Positions 29,201 to 43,614 are shown, numbered from the stretch's first letter. The stretch is DNA of 64,000 nt from Antedon mediterranea (GCF_964355755.1 NC_092672.1:7750001-7814000), one strand, 5' to 3'. The notes: generated from the letters alone by a model not told the origin. Made by a program: numbers and translations.

Positions 29201-30933
29201 CAGTGCAGCTTAAACGTTCCTAATTGTTTAAACACGATATTAATTAGCAGTACCATGTCATCTTTAGCTAATTGTTGCCATGTTTGTCTTGACATATTTA
29301 CGGTGGGTCGATTTTTAAAGACTAAAGTAGTTTTTGAAAGAAGGGTTGTTCGTTTAGGCAATCAGAGTGGCAAGGCCACAAAAAGACAACACACTGTGAC
29401 GTATGTACGTCAACAGGGACCGGACAAAGAAGGGGACAACTGATGAGTAACACAAAGCATTACAAAAACAATTATTGTTACAAAAACATCAACGAGGGAT
29501 TAATTCGATTTTGTGTTCCTCAGTAATTCTAATCAATGGAATCCCTTGACAATACACATATCCAAGAATAAATGTAGATCCCAATTTTATATAAAAAAAA
29601 AACATTTACTACAGCATAACAATTACTTTATTTGTGTTTATTTTTAATTACTAAATTGACTAAGTGTATAACAGTGTGTAATTGATATTAGCCATCAGAA
29701 AACAATGAACGTGATCTTATTCAATTATAAATTCAATGTCTTAGACATTATATAATTTTTTAATGACATTACATTTCATCAAAGATGCGTTCAGATGTGA
29801 TAACTGAACATAACGCATACCGGTTTTCATCGTCGTATCAATGTTGACGCAAGCTTTCAGACGCGCATAAGTATACGTTCAGAGGTACACCGGCCTACTG
29901 GGTCTCTCTTTCAGATTATTAATGCGTACGAATGTCATACTTGTTTTCACTAAGTTTAAAACTTGTCAAAGCTAACATTTTAATCACAGATGCAATATTA
30001 GTAAAAATGTATTATTTTGATACTTGTGTTTACTTGATATTAGACAAGTCTATTTATTGTCTCTTTTATGTTAGTCCACCCGTCAACGTTTCAATTTCTG
30101 TCTACATTGTGAGTATTCTATTATAGGCCTACGTATGAAACGCCATTTGTGCAAAAATATTTATCTTTACAAATTACGGGCTAGAACCTTGTCTAACTTA
30201 ATATTATGTACATATTATGGACGCACCTTCGCCGCTGACACAAACTTAAAGTGCAAATAAATTATTATCATTAATACATTTCCGCATTTTATTTTTACAA
30301 TACCTCTCTATGACGCGAAACCTACAGGATTTTTACAGATACTATTGGTTGGAAGTTATCACTTTGCTATCTTTACATATAATTCAAATACATTAACGCG
30401 ATTCAGTGAAACAATACATGGTATTGCAGACAATGCAAATATTGTTCTATTTTACATGTTACTTCATTTGTAAAATGTATATATATATACTGTACCAACA
30501 TTTGAGAATTAACAGACAAAATATACAAAACACTATACTATTACAATTGATCTAAAACAATACATCGGTATTGTATTGGACATGAATTAGGCCTATGATT
30601 TAGAAAATGGAGATTAATATTTAGATAAAGTGGTGAACCTATTATGTGGGCGTACATGTATTGGAAACCGATTTAAAATAGTTTAAATAATACTATTAAA
30701 TATAAGAATTGAAAAAAACTAAACAAATACATACGAAAATAGATACATAAGAAATAGGCAGTCTGTCAACTGGGAGATAACTGGAGATTTTAAACAAGCT
30801 GATGTGACGTCATTTATATTTTGAAACTATTGAAAATAAAAATAGGAATGGCTTATTTATATTCACAAACAATCATGATTATAACTTAGAGGATTAATGC
30901 TGTAATGGTTCAGGGATTGCAATTTCAAACTTC

Positions 30934-32993
30934 TTAGATGGGCATATCGCAATTGCTTGAGGATGAATGTAATGTTGAACTATTTGTCTCCCCTGATACT
31001 GTAGGCCTACCACGAGTATCGACATCACTAGTGGAGATTGCTATTGTAGAAACAGTCTTTCTAGACTGATCTCTACTACTATTATACTTGTTACAAAATA
31101 GTTTAACAGCGTATTTACGGAATGTAGAACTAGTAAACGAATAAATGAATGGATTTAGACAAGAGTTAATAAATGGTATCATATTCCCTAAGCTCTTAAG
31201 TAGATCTGTTAAGCTCTTTTTGTCAAACAATAATACAATTTTGTACGTGGCAAACCACACGTAGCAGCTGACGTACGCGATAAACACGATAAAGAGTGTG
31301 CGCGTAGTACGTATGTGAGCGTTAGAATCTCGCGAGGTTGAATGCTTGGCAATACCATTTCTTCTGTTCCATACAACTAGAATTATCTTTATGTAGAGGA
31401 CAAACGTTACTGTAACCGGTATATAGAACAGCAGACCGTTAACGTAAGTAAGTTTGACGTAACGGAACCATTCACCAAAAGGTGCAGGAAATTTACAAGC
31501 GAATTGTTCGTCAGAGTAGTCAGAATCGGAGCTGGGGTCGTACTTGACCTAAAACAGAACAGATAAAAACATTGGAATAATTACAACGTTAATGTTGAAT
31601 ATTGTTGATGTTGGTGTTACGATCCTGTATTGCTGTTTCTGGTTAAATTTGACTGGTGTGAGATTTATTTATGTGAGAAAATGACATACCTTGCCATGGA
31701 ACGATTCAAATATTGAGCAGACGATAGCCGAAATCCACATCATCAAAATGATTCGTTTGGTTCGCTTAAGCGTACAGATTGACTTAAATTTGATTGGTCG
31801 ACAAACTGCAAAATACCGATCAATTGCTACGGCAACCATGGTAAAAACTGTGACGTTAAATGCGGTGTATCGACAGCAACGATGAAGAATACATTGTATA
31901 TTGTGCCTCCACAGTATCGGCCAGGTCGACGGGTAAAACTCTGTCACATGGAATATCGCCACTCCAACAGCAAACAAATCACCTGTTAAAAACATTAGTA
32001 TTGATTAATAGGAGTTAGTCGCCGGTACATGGAATACAGCTACCCCGCAGCTATTTAAACATTATTAATATTAATATTAAAATTGTCTACGGGTAAACAC
32101 TGGTGACTTTGAATGAGCCTCAAACAGCCCAATAAATAATTATACAGATTATATTAGTAGATAAACCGTGAATATACGGGAAAATCCCGCGACACTAAAA
32201 GCAAACTAACAACCTGTAAAAATATTAATATTTATAATGATAAATATTAGTTCCATTAGCGTATCCTGGTTGATAATGTAGGAGATTAGGAGGAGAGATT
32301 GTATAAAAACCTATTATATTATATATTATTATTCTTTTTTCTAATTTTGCCCACAATTTTATTTTTTTATTTTATTTTATTTCAACCACATCCAACAGCG
32401 CCATTTACAGGATGCCTTAAAACTCTTTAGATATAAATATAGAATTAAAAACACATAAAAATACAAAACATGAAACATACAAAATGGCAAACTTAAATCG
32501 ATTTAAGAACTTTAGACTTAAATTTAGACAAAGTGTCAACAAAAATATCGATAGTCTTATCTTTAATAGAAATGGAATTAAAAAGGTTTTTTTAACAAAA
32601 ACTCTCTTTTTTATCAGTTGAAATGTAAATGTATACATATCAAAATGTAATAACACCTGAAAAATTACTGACCAACTGCCTGACGCAAAGCTACTCCAGT
32701 AGTTATAAAAACATCAAACTTCATAAGTTTGTTGAGCGAAACAAATATTCATTTGTTTCGTCTCCCATTCTAAGTAATAAAAGAACATACATAGGCCTAC
32801 CTATTGCTAAGTTGATGATATAAAGTGCTGCGTTGGACTGCCTGTGACTTTTCTTTGAATAAATAATAAGAACAATACTGTTTCCAATAGTCGCTATTAC
32901 GATTACCGATAACAAATAGGCAACTTCATATGCATAATAGACGTCACCGGAATCGTCTGACGCGTTTGTAACGCTATCGTTGACGCTCTCCAT
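30934..32993 (-). CDS. Class A (rhodopsin-like) GPCR, peptide-receptor-like orphan, about 366 aa
   Basis: Exons (minus) 32993-32801, 31982-31690, 31548-30934, phase-consistent. TM1 GN, TM2 NLAIGDL, TM3 Cys + AIDRYFAVCRP, TM4 W, ECL2 Cys, TM5 FYIP..LY, TM7 NSCLNPFIY, helix 8 TFRK; N-terminal N-glycosylation sequons. Confidence 0.9.
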
Positions 32994-34083
32994 GTCCGAT
33001 GATTAACCAATACCACTACAGTACAAAGAATAGAGATTCTATAAAATATCTTTAGAACAAACTAAATACATACAGTATATGCCTAATATTTTATATACAA
33101 AATATAGAGACAGTAAAAGTTATAACAAAGAATGGAAAACTTTATCAATAAAATATTTTAAATTAAGATTGTATATGATAGTAGATAATAATATCTTATA
33201 ATACAGTACTTTTATTTAAAAAATCGCAAAAAAAAAAATAGAATAATTTAAATATAGAACAATTATATACGGTATATTATTTCAAAAAAGCCTTATATAC
33301 GTTTTAGAACTAATTTCTACTCGTAGAAATTACAAATAAAACTAATTTTAACATTTTAACTTATGCAGGACTAACAAATATAATGAGCCTACGAATTTAA
33401 TAACAATCAGAATAACAACAGAACAACTCTATATAAATAACAGGCATGGAATGAACACTGCTTAAAAACTCACCTGAGCTAGAACTTGACTATGTGCCAA
33501 TAGGCTACACACAAGAAGAAATGCTTATTAAATGTGGAAATTGGTTTATAAGAATATCGGGGTTTTCACTGACCTTCAGTACACCAATTATTTATGTATA
33601 TAATAGTTCAATTCGTAATTAATATATTCAGTTCCGTATTGAGCTCATTAAAGTAAAACTTAGATTCTATTTATAATGCATGTAATTATGGTTAATGACA
33701 AACCCGCTAACAAGGAATAAATTGTTTATTTTACCTTGATGGTACCGTACAAAAGGCCCTATTAAAATATATAAAAAAACTGATCTGTGGCGGATTCAGG
33801 ATTTTTTAATAAAGTGAGGGAGCATTTACTAAACTCTTCTGTGAGCATTATATTTAATAAACATTGACAAATGAAGTAATAAAACTTATCCCATTTTTGG
33901 GCCATGGATTCGCCGCCTTTAGCAATGTTATAACTTAAGGGATTTTATTGGGTTTTAAACACGAATTATACTGCAGAATCCATTATTAGCTTTACACCAC
34001 TTTCGGGTCCAAAGAAAGTTCCCCATTCACAGGATTGTCCCTAAATGTGTACATGTTCTTATAGTTAAAATACCAGATTCTTA

Positions 34084-34295
34084 GTGCTGTATCTCCACAT
34101 AACGGCAATAATTGCCCAGTAACATAGGAATATTCGGTAATACAGGACCTACTTGTATCACATGTGATGCCTCTGTCATGGAAGATTAGGTTATGGTCTA
34201 TTGATGATACTCTAGCGATACAGTGAATACATTTTATCCTGTATTACCGTACCGAATAGTCATATGATACAAAGATAATATCTAGATACAGTACC
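34084..34295. mobile_element. MITE with GTGCTGTATCT...AGATACAGTAC termini (second copy at 63469-63638)
   Basis: Terminal and subterminal inverted repeats (GGTAATACAGGA/TCCTGTATTACC); collinear with the 63.5-kb copy. Confidence 0.65.
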
Positions 34296-36625
34296 AAGGA
34301 CCGGGTGGTGTTAAAATGTAATATTGAAACGTGTTCGTGTCATTCAACATTCAGTACATCCGACTTACAGGTTCAGTAGGCATCCGAAATAAACCCTGAC
34401 TGATCTTACTCTGCAGGCTCATTCTAAAAACACTTGATTTAATGTAAAAAATAATCCAAACATAATCCAAACGAATGCCCAACTTAGTTATTAATCTATA
34501 ACACGTTTCTTGTTTTTAATAAAACGCACGTATACCGCTGAATTATTTCAGATAAAATTATACGAAAGTAAATAAAAAGACAGAACAGGTTTTTGAGATT
34601 TCGACGTTTCGGTCGACTATTTGATTATTTTCAAGATTTTGGGAATTCGACATTTCGATCTATTTGATCGTTTTCTAGAATCTTGAAAATGATCAAATGA
34701 ATGAAACTTTGAATTCTCAAACTGTATTTTGTTTACAATTTTTAACTAACTTGCATCAAACAAAGACATTGGCTTACCTGTAAAAGTTTTTACAGTCCTA
34801 ATTCTGACTTGCATCTGATATCAGCAAATGAAACTGGATATTTGGAGTGTTATTATCGACATCATTGTACGTAAATACGGTTAGGTATACGTGACGGGCA
34901 GTCTTAACTGCTTGGCCGAATGACGACAGCAGATAGCAATATTAATTAACAACAACAACAACTATAATCTAAATCATAATAAAGACCATGTAATGCCATA
35001 TGATTTTCAGGATGGCATATTTTATTGTCTTGGTTTGTACAGAATATTAATTAATAACACAAATTACAAAATGTAAAATATACGATTAATATAGGCCCTA
35101 ATATCAATCAGATGCAAATATTAATCATTTTTAAACTTTAATTTATGATTTTATATTGCAATAAAATTGATTCGTATTCGTCATTAATTACCCTAGTATA
35201 GTTAATATTGAAGACATATGTACGCAACTAATGCGTATTTTAAAGAAGACTACAAAAGTTAATTGTGTAATTGTGTTAAGGAACGAAACAAAATGTTGTT
35301 TTACCATATCAGTAATATGCCTGCCGAGTAATAGGTCCCTAGCTGAAGTTTAGTTTTTTTTAGAATAATATAGGAATATTGTATTATTTTATATTTCAGT
35401 TGTTTCTGTTTTGAAAAAAAGTTAAAAGTTACTTAAATACACTATTATAATGTTTTGTTCATGCTGACTTTTGCCGTGTGCAGTGATGTGCAGTGCAATT
35501 AGTTTGTGTCTAAAATCGAATATGGCCAGGCTACGGTTTTATCAGGAATCTTCATAATTTATATAATTATAGGAGTGTGTATTATTGTAGTGACCGGCTC
35601 ATCTATGTCACAGCCAATCAGCCCGAATCGCGTTTTTTTTTTAAAGTAGACGCAGACCAAAACGTAACGGCGCATGTGCAGATAAGAAGACGTTTGTTTT
35701 GTGACTTTTAGATTTGAATGGGTCGTAGTCGACTGTTAGTCGTAATATGAACATATGTATTAATGGAAATTTACGTTGACGTACGTGTCAGTGAACGATT
35801 ATGATGTAATTACTTGTAATATCTAGTTATCGCGCTAGTCCGGTGGAAGTACACGGGCTTAGAACCCGTTCGGACTTAAACATGTGTAGTTTAGGCCTAG
35901 CCTAGATTTTCTGAACAAAGGCTGGCGTCCTATTGATAAGACGCAGAAAATAACCTGTATTATCAAAAGCTTTATTTAAAATAACCAATAAAAATAAATA
36001 ATTTAAAGTTTGCAAATATAATTCTTAGAAAATCATCGCGAGATCATCAAGATTTTGGTAAACTGTTGCAGTGTTGTGATGTCATACGTCCACTCGTACT
36101 CATGTCAGAGAGCGAACGCCAAAATGCCACTGAACAAGTGCTCACATTTTCCAGTCGACGCGCCAGTCGCCTACCACATGCGCATATCATAAAAATGACG
36201 TATATGGCATCAGTGCAAATACAAAAGTCGGCCACGCGCTAGCGGTAAGAAATAGTGTAGTATGTTTAATTTAAGATTGATACAACCCTAATCCTTCCTG
36301 TTGCATGCATGTTGGTCAATTTTGCAATACCTTTTCAGAGTTGTTTCAGATATTATGAGTGAAAATAAATTATTTACACAGCTATACACCAGTATATTCT
36401 TATCCGATTTTATACAAATTAATTATCATTCCATTCTAAAACATCTACAATCTAAATCTAAGCTAATATGATAATAAACATCGTTATTAAATCTATGGCG
36501 CTATTTAAAATTAAGTTACAAAGATTTAAAAAAAAAGATATTAATTCTCAGTAACACTGTTTGCCATAGCTATAATAACAATACCTTATTATACATTTCT
36601 GTATTTAACTAAAAACTTCTCGTTA

Positions 36626-39600
36626 TTATGCACTAAATAAACCCATGGATACCACGGTAGCCAGAAGTAGAAGCACCGTCCACGTGGTCAGGTCGACTTT
36701 CAGATACGAAGAAGAATTGGCTGAAAAAAACAAGATGAGGTTTAAACTACAATGAGTAGGCTACTTTAATACAATACATATTATTAGTACTTTCAGAACT
36801 TGCTTTTATAGAGCTAGTGTGTAATTTAGAAATTATCTCATTTAAAAATCCATCGCAATTATTATTACTGTCTAATCAAGAACACGTACACGAGCCTATT
36901 TGCAGTAAATTAGATATATATTTTTTTATTAGTTTACGAGATATTGGCTAACAAGACCAAGTTAAAAAGCATTCAAGGTCGCATCAATTAGATGATTATA
37001 TTAATTATGAACATTACGTAGAAAAGGTTTTGCAGTAAGTTGTTGTTAGAGGGATTTGGGGGGTAAAAACCAGTGCTTATCTAGATTGTGTCGTAAATCA
37101 TACAGATGCAACTATGCAAATCAAACAATGTCTACATGGTTTTTTTTTCTATCTGAAGATCGAACTCCAAGAAGTTGGCAATCAGCATCAGTATCCCAAT
37201 TATGAACCACTTTTTATTACTTTAAAAATGTCAGGCCGTACTTCAAAACTACAAGACGGATTTTTACTAAATTTAAACCACTGATAGATATGTCATAGAT
37301 ATGTGGTCACGGACAACTCCATTAATTTGGCAATCCACACCAGAATCCCAATTCTGTACACCACTTGTTATTACTTTCAAAATGTCAGGCCGTAGGCCTA
37401 CTTCAAAACTACAAGACGGATCTTTACTAAATTTAAACCACTGATAGATATGTGGTCACGGAAGGTTCCATTTAATTTTAATTCTGGACCACTTTTTATT
37501 ATTTTACTCATTTTAGCTAGGCAATACGTCTAAACAACAAGAACATTGTTATCACATGTCTAGATCCTTTTTCTCTATGCACTCCTGGCAGAGTTTACAA
37601 CTCTCTGATTGCTCTTATGCAGTTATGATATGTGTATGTTTCTCAATGTTGCTCAAAACAAGTTTTAAATATTTTATTACTTTCATGTTAGGACTTAGAA
37701 CCTCAAATCTTGCATTTTAAAGAGTTTACGCAATACAATAAGTTACTGTACTTTTTTTTATATTGTAGTTCAATATTTACATACACTACATTTATTATGT
37801 AAAAATAAATACAGATATTCATTCTTTGGAAAACACTAACTATTTTTAGGCCTATTGTCAATCTAACACATATTTACTATTTTGATTATTGAAAAATAAC
37901 TTACGAACAACATTTCCAACATGGTAAAGTGATATTGTTCCACTCGCACGACCTGTTACCATTAGCATTGGTGTCCCATTTGGGCTATCTTTAGCGTGAA
38001 CAAACCTAACATTAATAACAAAAATGATAGTTAATAGTTTGATACAAGCTTAGCTTAACAGCATGTCTGAAATATTTAATATTCTTGACTATCTTTAAAG
38101 CTACTTACGTCAGATCACTTGGACGGAGGTCGCCAAGATCCATATTCTTGTACAGCTCTGAGAACGTCTTGTCTAAACGACCACCGCGGAAGACAGATTC
38201 AAAGACAGGTCGAGTGCTGCCTGCAGGCAGACTGTACACCATTATTGTAGAAACTCGGTCAATGGCGAGAATAATAATTCTCTTTCCATTTACCTCACCC
38301 ATTACAACTGTCTCACATTCGGAACCCTAGAATAATAAGATAGTATCTCTTTTGTACTATTGGTTATAATAGGCCATATACGCCTAACTTAAACGTTTAT
38401 AACAAGTGCTATATGTGATAACATGTGCATGGATTTTCTTATGATATTGAACTTATAATGGCATAATGTGGAGATACAGTACATAGAATCACGAATGACT
38501 TGATCTATCTCACAAAATAGGCCTATACTGTAATACGGAAGTGAAAAGCTAACGTCAAGAAAGTTTCAGCTGCGAGTACCTTGTTATCAGACCTGACGTC
38601 TTTCAGATCCATCGGCCTATGTTGTGTTGGGTTTTTAGTCGTGCTGTCTGAGTTAAATATAGAATTGTAGAATTGCTTGTGTTTCCTGGCTACCTCGTCA
38701 CCACTATCGTACTGTAACTTCATATCTCGAGCACGCCATATAGAGAAACCTCTGCCACCATAGAAGAATACTCTTTCTATTTTTCCGGACTGATCTAATC
38801 CATCTACCTTACTGATTTCAAGTTGACCTTTAAAAAAATATTCAAAAAACCTGTTACAATATTATACACACATATATTAACAATTAACTTACCAGTAGGC
38901 CTATTTATTTAATTTATTTACGTATTACTTCTTACCTAATTGCCTATTGTTAGATAAAGATTTAAGCAATTCTTGTGGTAGTTTTTGCGAAAACATCTGA
39001 TCTGTAATAGAAGAAAATAATATATGTACAAATAATTGGGAATAAATATGTTATACAAATAATTAATGTTTATTCGTGTAAAAGGTCAAATACTTTCAGG
39101 AGGGGAAAGATGATCTGCACTCTGACGTAAGAGTGTGTTAGTGTTACATCTATTTAACATTGTGTGTCCCACAATCCTCCAATAAAATGACAGACAATAA
39201 TCTGTTCAGGTGTTATATATACGTATGTAACTTACATTGAGCCAATGTACTGGCCCTCTCTGACTCTTGGAACGTAACTCCAGCTTGATCTAGTTCAATA
39301 TCAGCGCCCTCATTGGCAGTGATGATGTAGCCTTCACCGTTGTTTTCGAAATAAGCCAATCCGTCTGGTTGATATAAACTGTAGATTGGATAGTTTTTCA
39401 GTCTAGTTCCTGAAAGAGTGTTTGTTTCATATTTAATTTATGTTCTTCTCCTCACCATTTTTAACGATTTTTCAATTCTATCTTTTATATTATCTTTATA
39501 ACTCATTTAGCATTCAAAAAACGTGTCAATATATTTTTATTTTGAATTCTTTATATTGAGTTGTACTTCCATACTTGAAAAAATACCTTTAAAAAAGCTT

Positions 39601-42600
39601 ACGCAGTTTTCCATGTTATTGTTCTCTACTCACCAATTTAAAATAGCAAATGTATTTTTATAATATAAAAATATATAATATATTATTCAATTCTTTTAAA
39701 TTTTCAAGATAATGAACAATCTCTAAAAACAGATTGATAATAAATCAAGTTGGGCTGCTTTAAAAAAAAATCATTTATTTTAATAATATGCATTACCTCC
39801 ATCTGCACTACTAGCATCCAGGCCTAGCTTAGCCCAAGATTTGAAACCGAGAGCAAATATATTTTCAAGTTTTCTAGTGGCCATGTCAATTACCATTATA
39901 CCGTTATTTTCCTGAAAAATGGGTTGTTAAAGATCAAATCAAATAAATTCAATTTATAATGTTTCAATGTTGTCTTAACTTTGCAACCAAAAAACAAAAC
40001 AAAAACCTATTCATGTCTAACTATTCTTAATTTCGTTTCATTTATTAGTTTTACAAAAATATTGATTTATAGTAAAAAGTAAGAGAATATTTTTATTTAA
40101 ATTACTGTAAAAAGCAAACAGAGACGATTAAAAACAATAAATAGTAATAATTGTATGTTTAGAAAAATAATTAAAATAATGATTCACAGATTTGTTAATG
40201 TTTCAACCATTTGTAATGTATTTATTTTTTATCTGCTGTATTGTAAAACAAATAATTTCTGATTTATTTGAATTAAAAGGAAATTTTTCTTTTTCTTGAT
40301 CCAATAGATCGAAATTACTAAAAATTGTACGGTACATCAAATGACGCTTTACAAACATTCAGTAGACTTTTGATCCAATTTAAGTTACTTCAAGATATTT
40401 GAATTAGACCAATAAAGATTAATTGAATACAACAAATATCATTCCAACAATAATAATATAATATGTTTATGCTTTTGAAGGAAACATTTTTAATTATTTA
40501 CTATGGAGAAATGTCCGAGAGTTTTGCACTCTTTGGGTGAAAAGAGTAAAACAATGATTTTAAATGAATACCTGTAAAGTGACGTAAAGTTTAGTTTCAT
40601 CATTACTGAAAGCAATTGATTCCGGTTCAAGGTTCATTGAGAATGTCGAAGGAGCATATGGTTTACGAATCCCATACATGATATATTGAAATTCTCTACA
40701 AAAACAAATGGGAATATTACTTTTAAAATAGAGAACTCGACTATAAACCAACCAAAAATAATGTTGAGCAAATTAGCGGAACGGTAATCAACCGATAATA
40801 TAACATCCGTAAAAAGGCTGTCCCACTCTTTACATCGTAGGCCTATCTACTAATGAATATCATGTCTCTCTTACACAAACAAATGGATTTACACATAATT
40901 CAGAAAAGATAAAACATAAAAATAACATAACGATATCTTAGAATGCTTAAACAATCTTTCAGCACTGGAAGCAAATAATCTTGGATTTCTTTTGCCAAGG
41001 ACATGTGCTGCATGCGGGGTTGCATGTCGACAAATCAAAGCATGTTTAAATTTTCCCATTTGTAATGCCACTGAAATCTTTTTTAAAACATTCTAAGTAA
41101 GATATTTATCAACCAGCACACATAAACTGTCATTCGAACATAATAATAATAATGTAATACTTTATTTACTTTGCATTCAGGTGCATGAAATCTAGAGAAG
41201 AAGCTATAGGACGTGTGCGTCCTTCAAAGTTGTTGATAAACGTGATGGTAGGCTCGGGATCGTGGAAGACATTAGTGGCGCTAATACTGGCCTTTCCTTC
41301 ATTAGAGACTACTATTGTACGACAGTCAGACGAGAACAGAATCATATCAGGGGATGCACCAACTAAAAGTTAAAAAAAATAGTATCATAGGTCTAACTTT
41401 CTTATTTTGCATATTTTATAATACTTTAAAAATGTCAGTATTTGTTCTATAATAGTTATTACATCCTGACTACAGATGCCTGTGTATATTTTTTCATTAA
41501 AAAAAATGAGGCATAACATAAACAAAACAGTCCTAAAGAATTTTGATAAATAACTTTAATTTAGATTCTGAAATAGGAACTGGCAGGTTAAAATAGAAAC
41601 TCGCAGGTTGAAATATGCAAGATTCTTAAACTTGTAATCAAAATAAGTACTATTGACCCTTTTAGAGACATCACGTACGTCGGGGTGTAAAGCAACTACG
41701 AGAAAATTATGTTATTGTTTAAATCGTAATACATTAAAATCATTTTCTACATGACCTTAGTCACGTGCATCCGGTGACTCATTTAAGTAGCCAAAACGGT
41801 TATTTTTGGAAATTGTTGGATCTTCTCCAAAATTGAATTCACCAAAGTGAAACATTGATAATTCATAATTATAATTTACATTTATTGAGTTTATTTTTAG
41901 ACTCAGCCTTGATATAATGCTATAACAAATGTAACATCGTTAGAGTTAATAGTAATAAAAACTATAACACCATATAGCCTAACTCATAATTATTTGTTTA
42001 TTTTTTTAACGTGTTTTCTTTTCATGTGTTTTTTGACCGTGTAGACTATACAGACAATAGAACACGTACTTTATTTTTTTGGCAGCCATTGCCCTTAAAC
42101 TTACACACGTTTAATATTGTTTAACATGTGAGTGTAACTAATTTCTATACCTCTGAAATGCATCGAAATCATTTAAACTTACACGCATGTGATATTCGTG
42201 TGACATGCGAGGGCTATTAAACTACCACTTACCAGTTACCGTATGCATTTTGTCTAGTGTTTTAGTATTACGGTTATAGAGCTTGAATATCTTGAGTTGT
42301 CCATTTAAAGCTGGAAATTCACTATGTTCTTGTACAAAAGCTAAATAGCCGCCACAGATTGCCAGATCTTCAACATTGTGAGACAAACGATGTTTGTGAA
42401 TGATCACCGGCTTCTTTGGTTTTGATATGTCAACGACATGTAGGAATCGCGAACCTTGAAAAGAATTAGTTAAAGTTAAATTTTCACTACTGGCAAACTT
42501 ACTTCTTTCTCCATTTGCCGACTAAAGCTGATTGTTGGTTCATATCTTATATTGTTTTGAATTTTGACCCCCTACCCTTTCTTGACTACATTACTGTCAT

Positions 42601-43349
42601 CTCACTTGTGCACAGTCCTATTCTTATCCACATCACAGGAAATTCATTTTTTCAGATCCAATTACAATCTTATCGCAATATTTTTAAGTGATTTGATATT
42701 CCTTTGGAAAAATTAGCGCATGGATACTTTTTTCTAAAAGAATTCCCCTTTTTGGCAAGTGTTTAAACATTGTAAACAAACAATCAAAAGATCTCTAATT
42801 AAACGGTAAGTGATTGCTACGAAGTGACACTAATGTAATTACGGACACTAAATGGATATTGTCACGAAGTAACAATAATGCTTGGCCTTAAAACATTAGG
42901 TAAATAATTAACAAGATTACAATTGAATTTCACATTTTAACAGCTGAATTTTCTACCTTACAAGTAGGCAAATAAGAAATAGGTCTAAATAAAAATATAT
43001 TGGGTTTCATATTTGTGTTTTGTGAAGCTTTCCTAATATTGGAAAAAAAGTTGAATTGAATTAATTTGAAGTTTTTAGCAAACATCAAACATCACTTTTT
43101 GGCGTCACTAACCAATGTTAAAAGTTTAGAAACGAACGAACGAATGTCCATTTTCTTACCTGCAGTATAGATAATCTTGTTGCGGGCATCATATGCCGTT
43201 TCTTCCACTGCGTTCCGATTAAAGTCATACACGCCCTTATTAGTGTTGTAGTCATATGGCATATAAAGTGAAGATACTTTAGTTAAACCAATAACGGCAT
43301 CACTCACGTGTAGACAAACACAACTAAAAATAAGTGCTTGCAAAATCAT
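36626..43349 (-). CDS. msp130: Mesenchyme-specific cell-surface glycoprotein (msp130-related; bacterial alkaline-phosphatase-associated beta-propeller family), secreted and GPI-anchored, about 581 aa
   Basis: Eleven phase-consistent exons (minus): 43349-43160, 42454-42233, 41362-41170, 40695-40572, 39911-39797, 39409-39236, 39001-38936, 38827-38580, 38326-38109, 38005-37905, 36720-36626. Signal peptide MILQALIFSCVCLHVSDA; family motifs VGASPDM..FSSDCRTIVVSNEG, DPE, LEPESIAF, YVTLQENNG, LDASSADGG, YQPDG, ITANEG, YGGRGFSIW, YDSGDE, DVRSDNKGSECE, SGTISLY; C-terminal NSSS + hydrophobic tail. Which paralog is unresolved. Confidence 0.88.
37193..37615. repeat. Imperfect ~150-170 bp tandem duplication inside a probable non-autonomous element in the last msp130 intron
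   Basis: ...AAAATGTCAGGCCGTA(GGCCTA)CTTCAAAACTACAAGACGGAT.TTTACTAAATTTAAACCACTGATAGATATG...GGTCACGGA occurs twice (~37225-37312 and ~37379-37462), followed by a partial third unit. Confidence 0.7.
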
Positions 43350-43442
43350 GTTTCTTAACAGTGGTAAAAGAAACTAAAATGTTTCCAATTGATGATATAC
43401 TATAAAACCTGTCGGTGCACTTTCTACGCTACAAATCCAATG

Positions 43443-43561
43443 TATATAATTCGATTATTGTCGAAAATATAGGGACTTCCTCTATAGTGATTAGTCAGAA
43501 TTTGATGGCGAAATTATATCAATTTAGTGAATCACTAAATCATCTCACTGGCTAAGGAAGT
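43443..43561 (-). promoter_or_regulatory. Candidate msp130 proximal promoter with a paired-class homeodomain P3 palindrome and two Ets sites
   Basis: TAATTCGATTA (TAAT-N3-ATTA) at 43447-43457, ACTTCCT at 43475-43481, AGGAAGT at 43555-43561 and TATATA at 43443-43448, all ~95-210 nt upstream of the ATG. Confidence 0.5.
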
Positions 43562-43614
43562 CACATGACTTATTCTGAACTCCGTGTGCAGACCTACGTG
43601 GTTTCACGTAACAC

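Noticed and set aside
35600-36240. Separate gene or ncRNA in a CpG-richer patch with CCAAT, GCGCAT and TCGCGAGA motifs
   Set aside because: No ORF or RNA structure supportable; could be a distal promoter of the GPCR, but evidence is insufficient.
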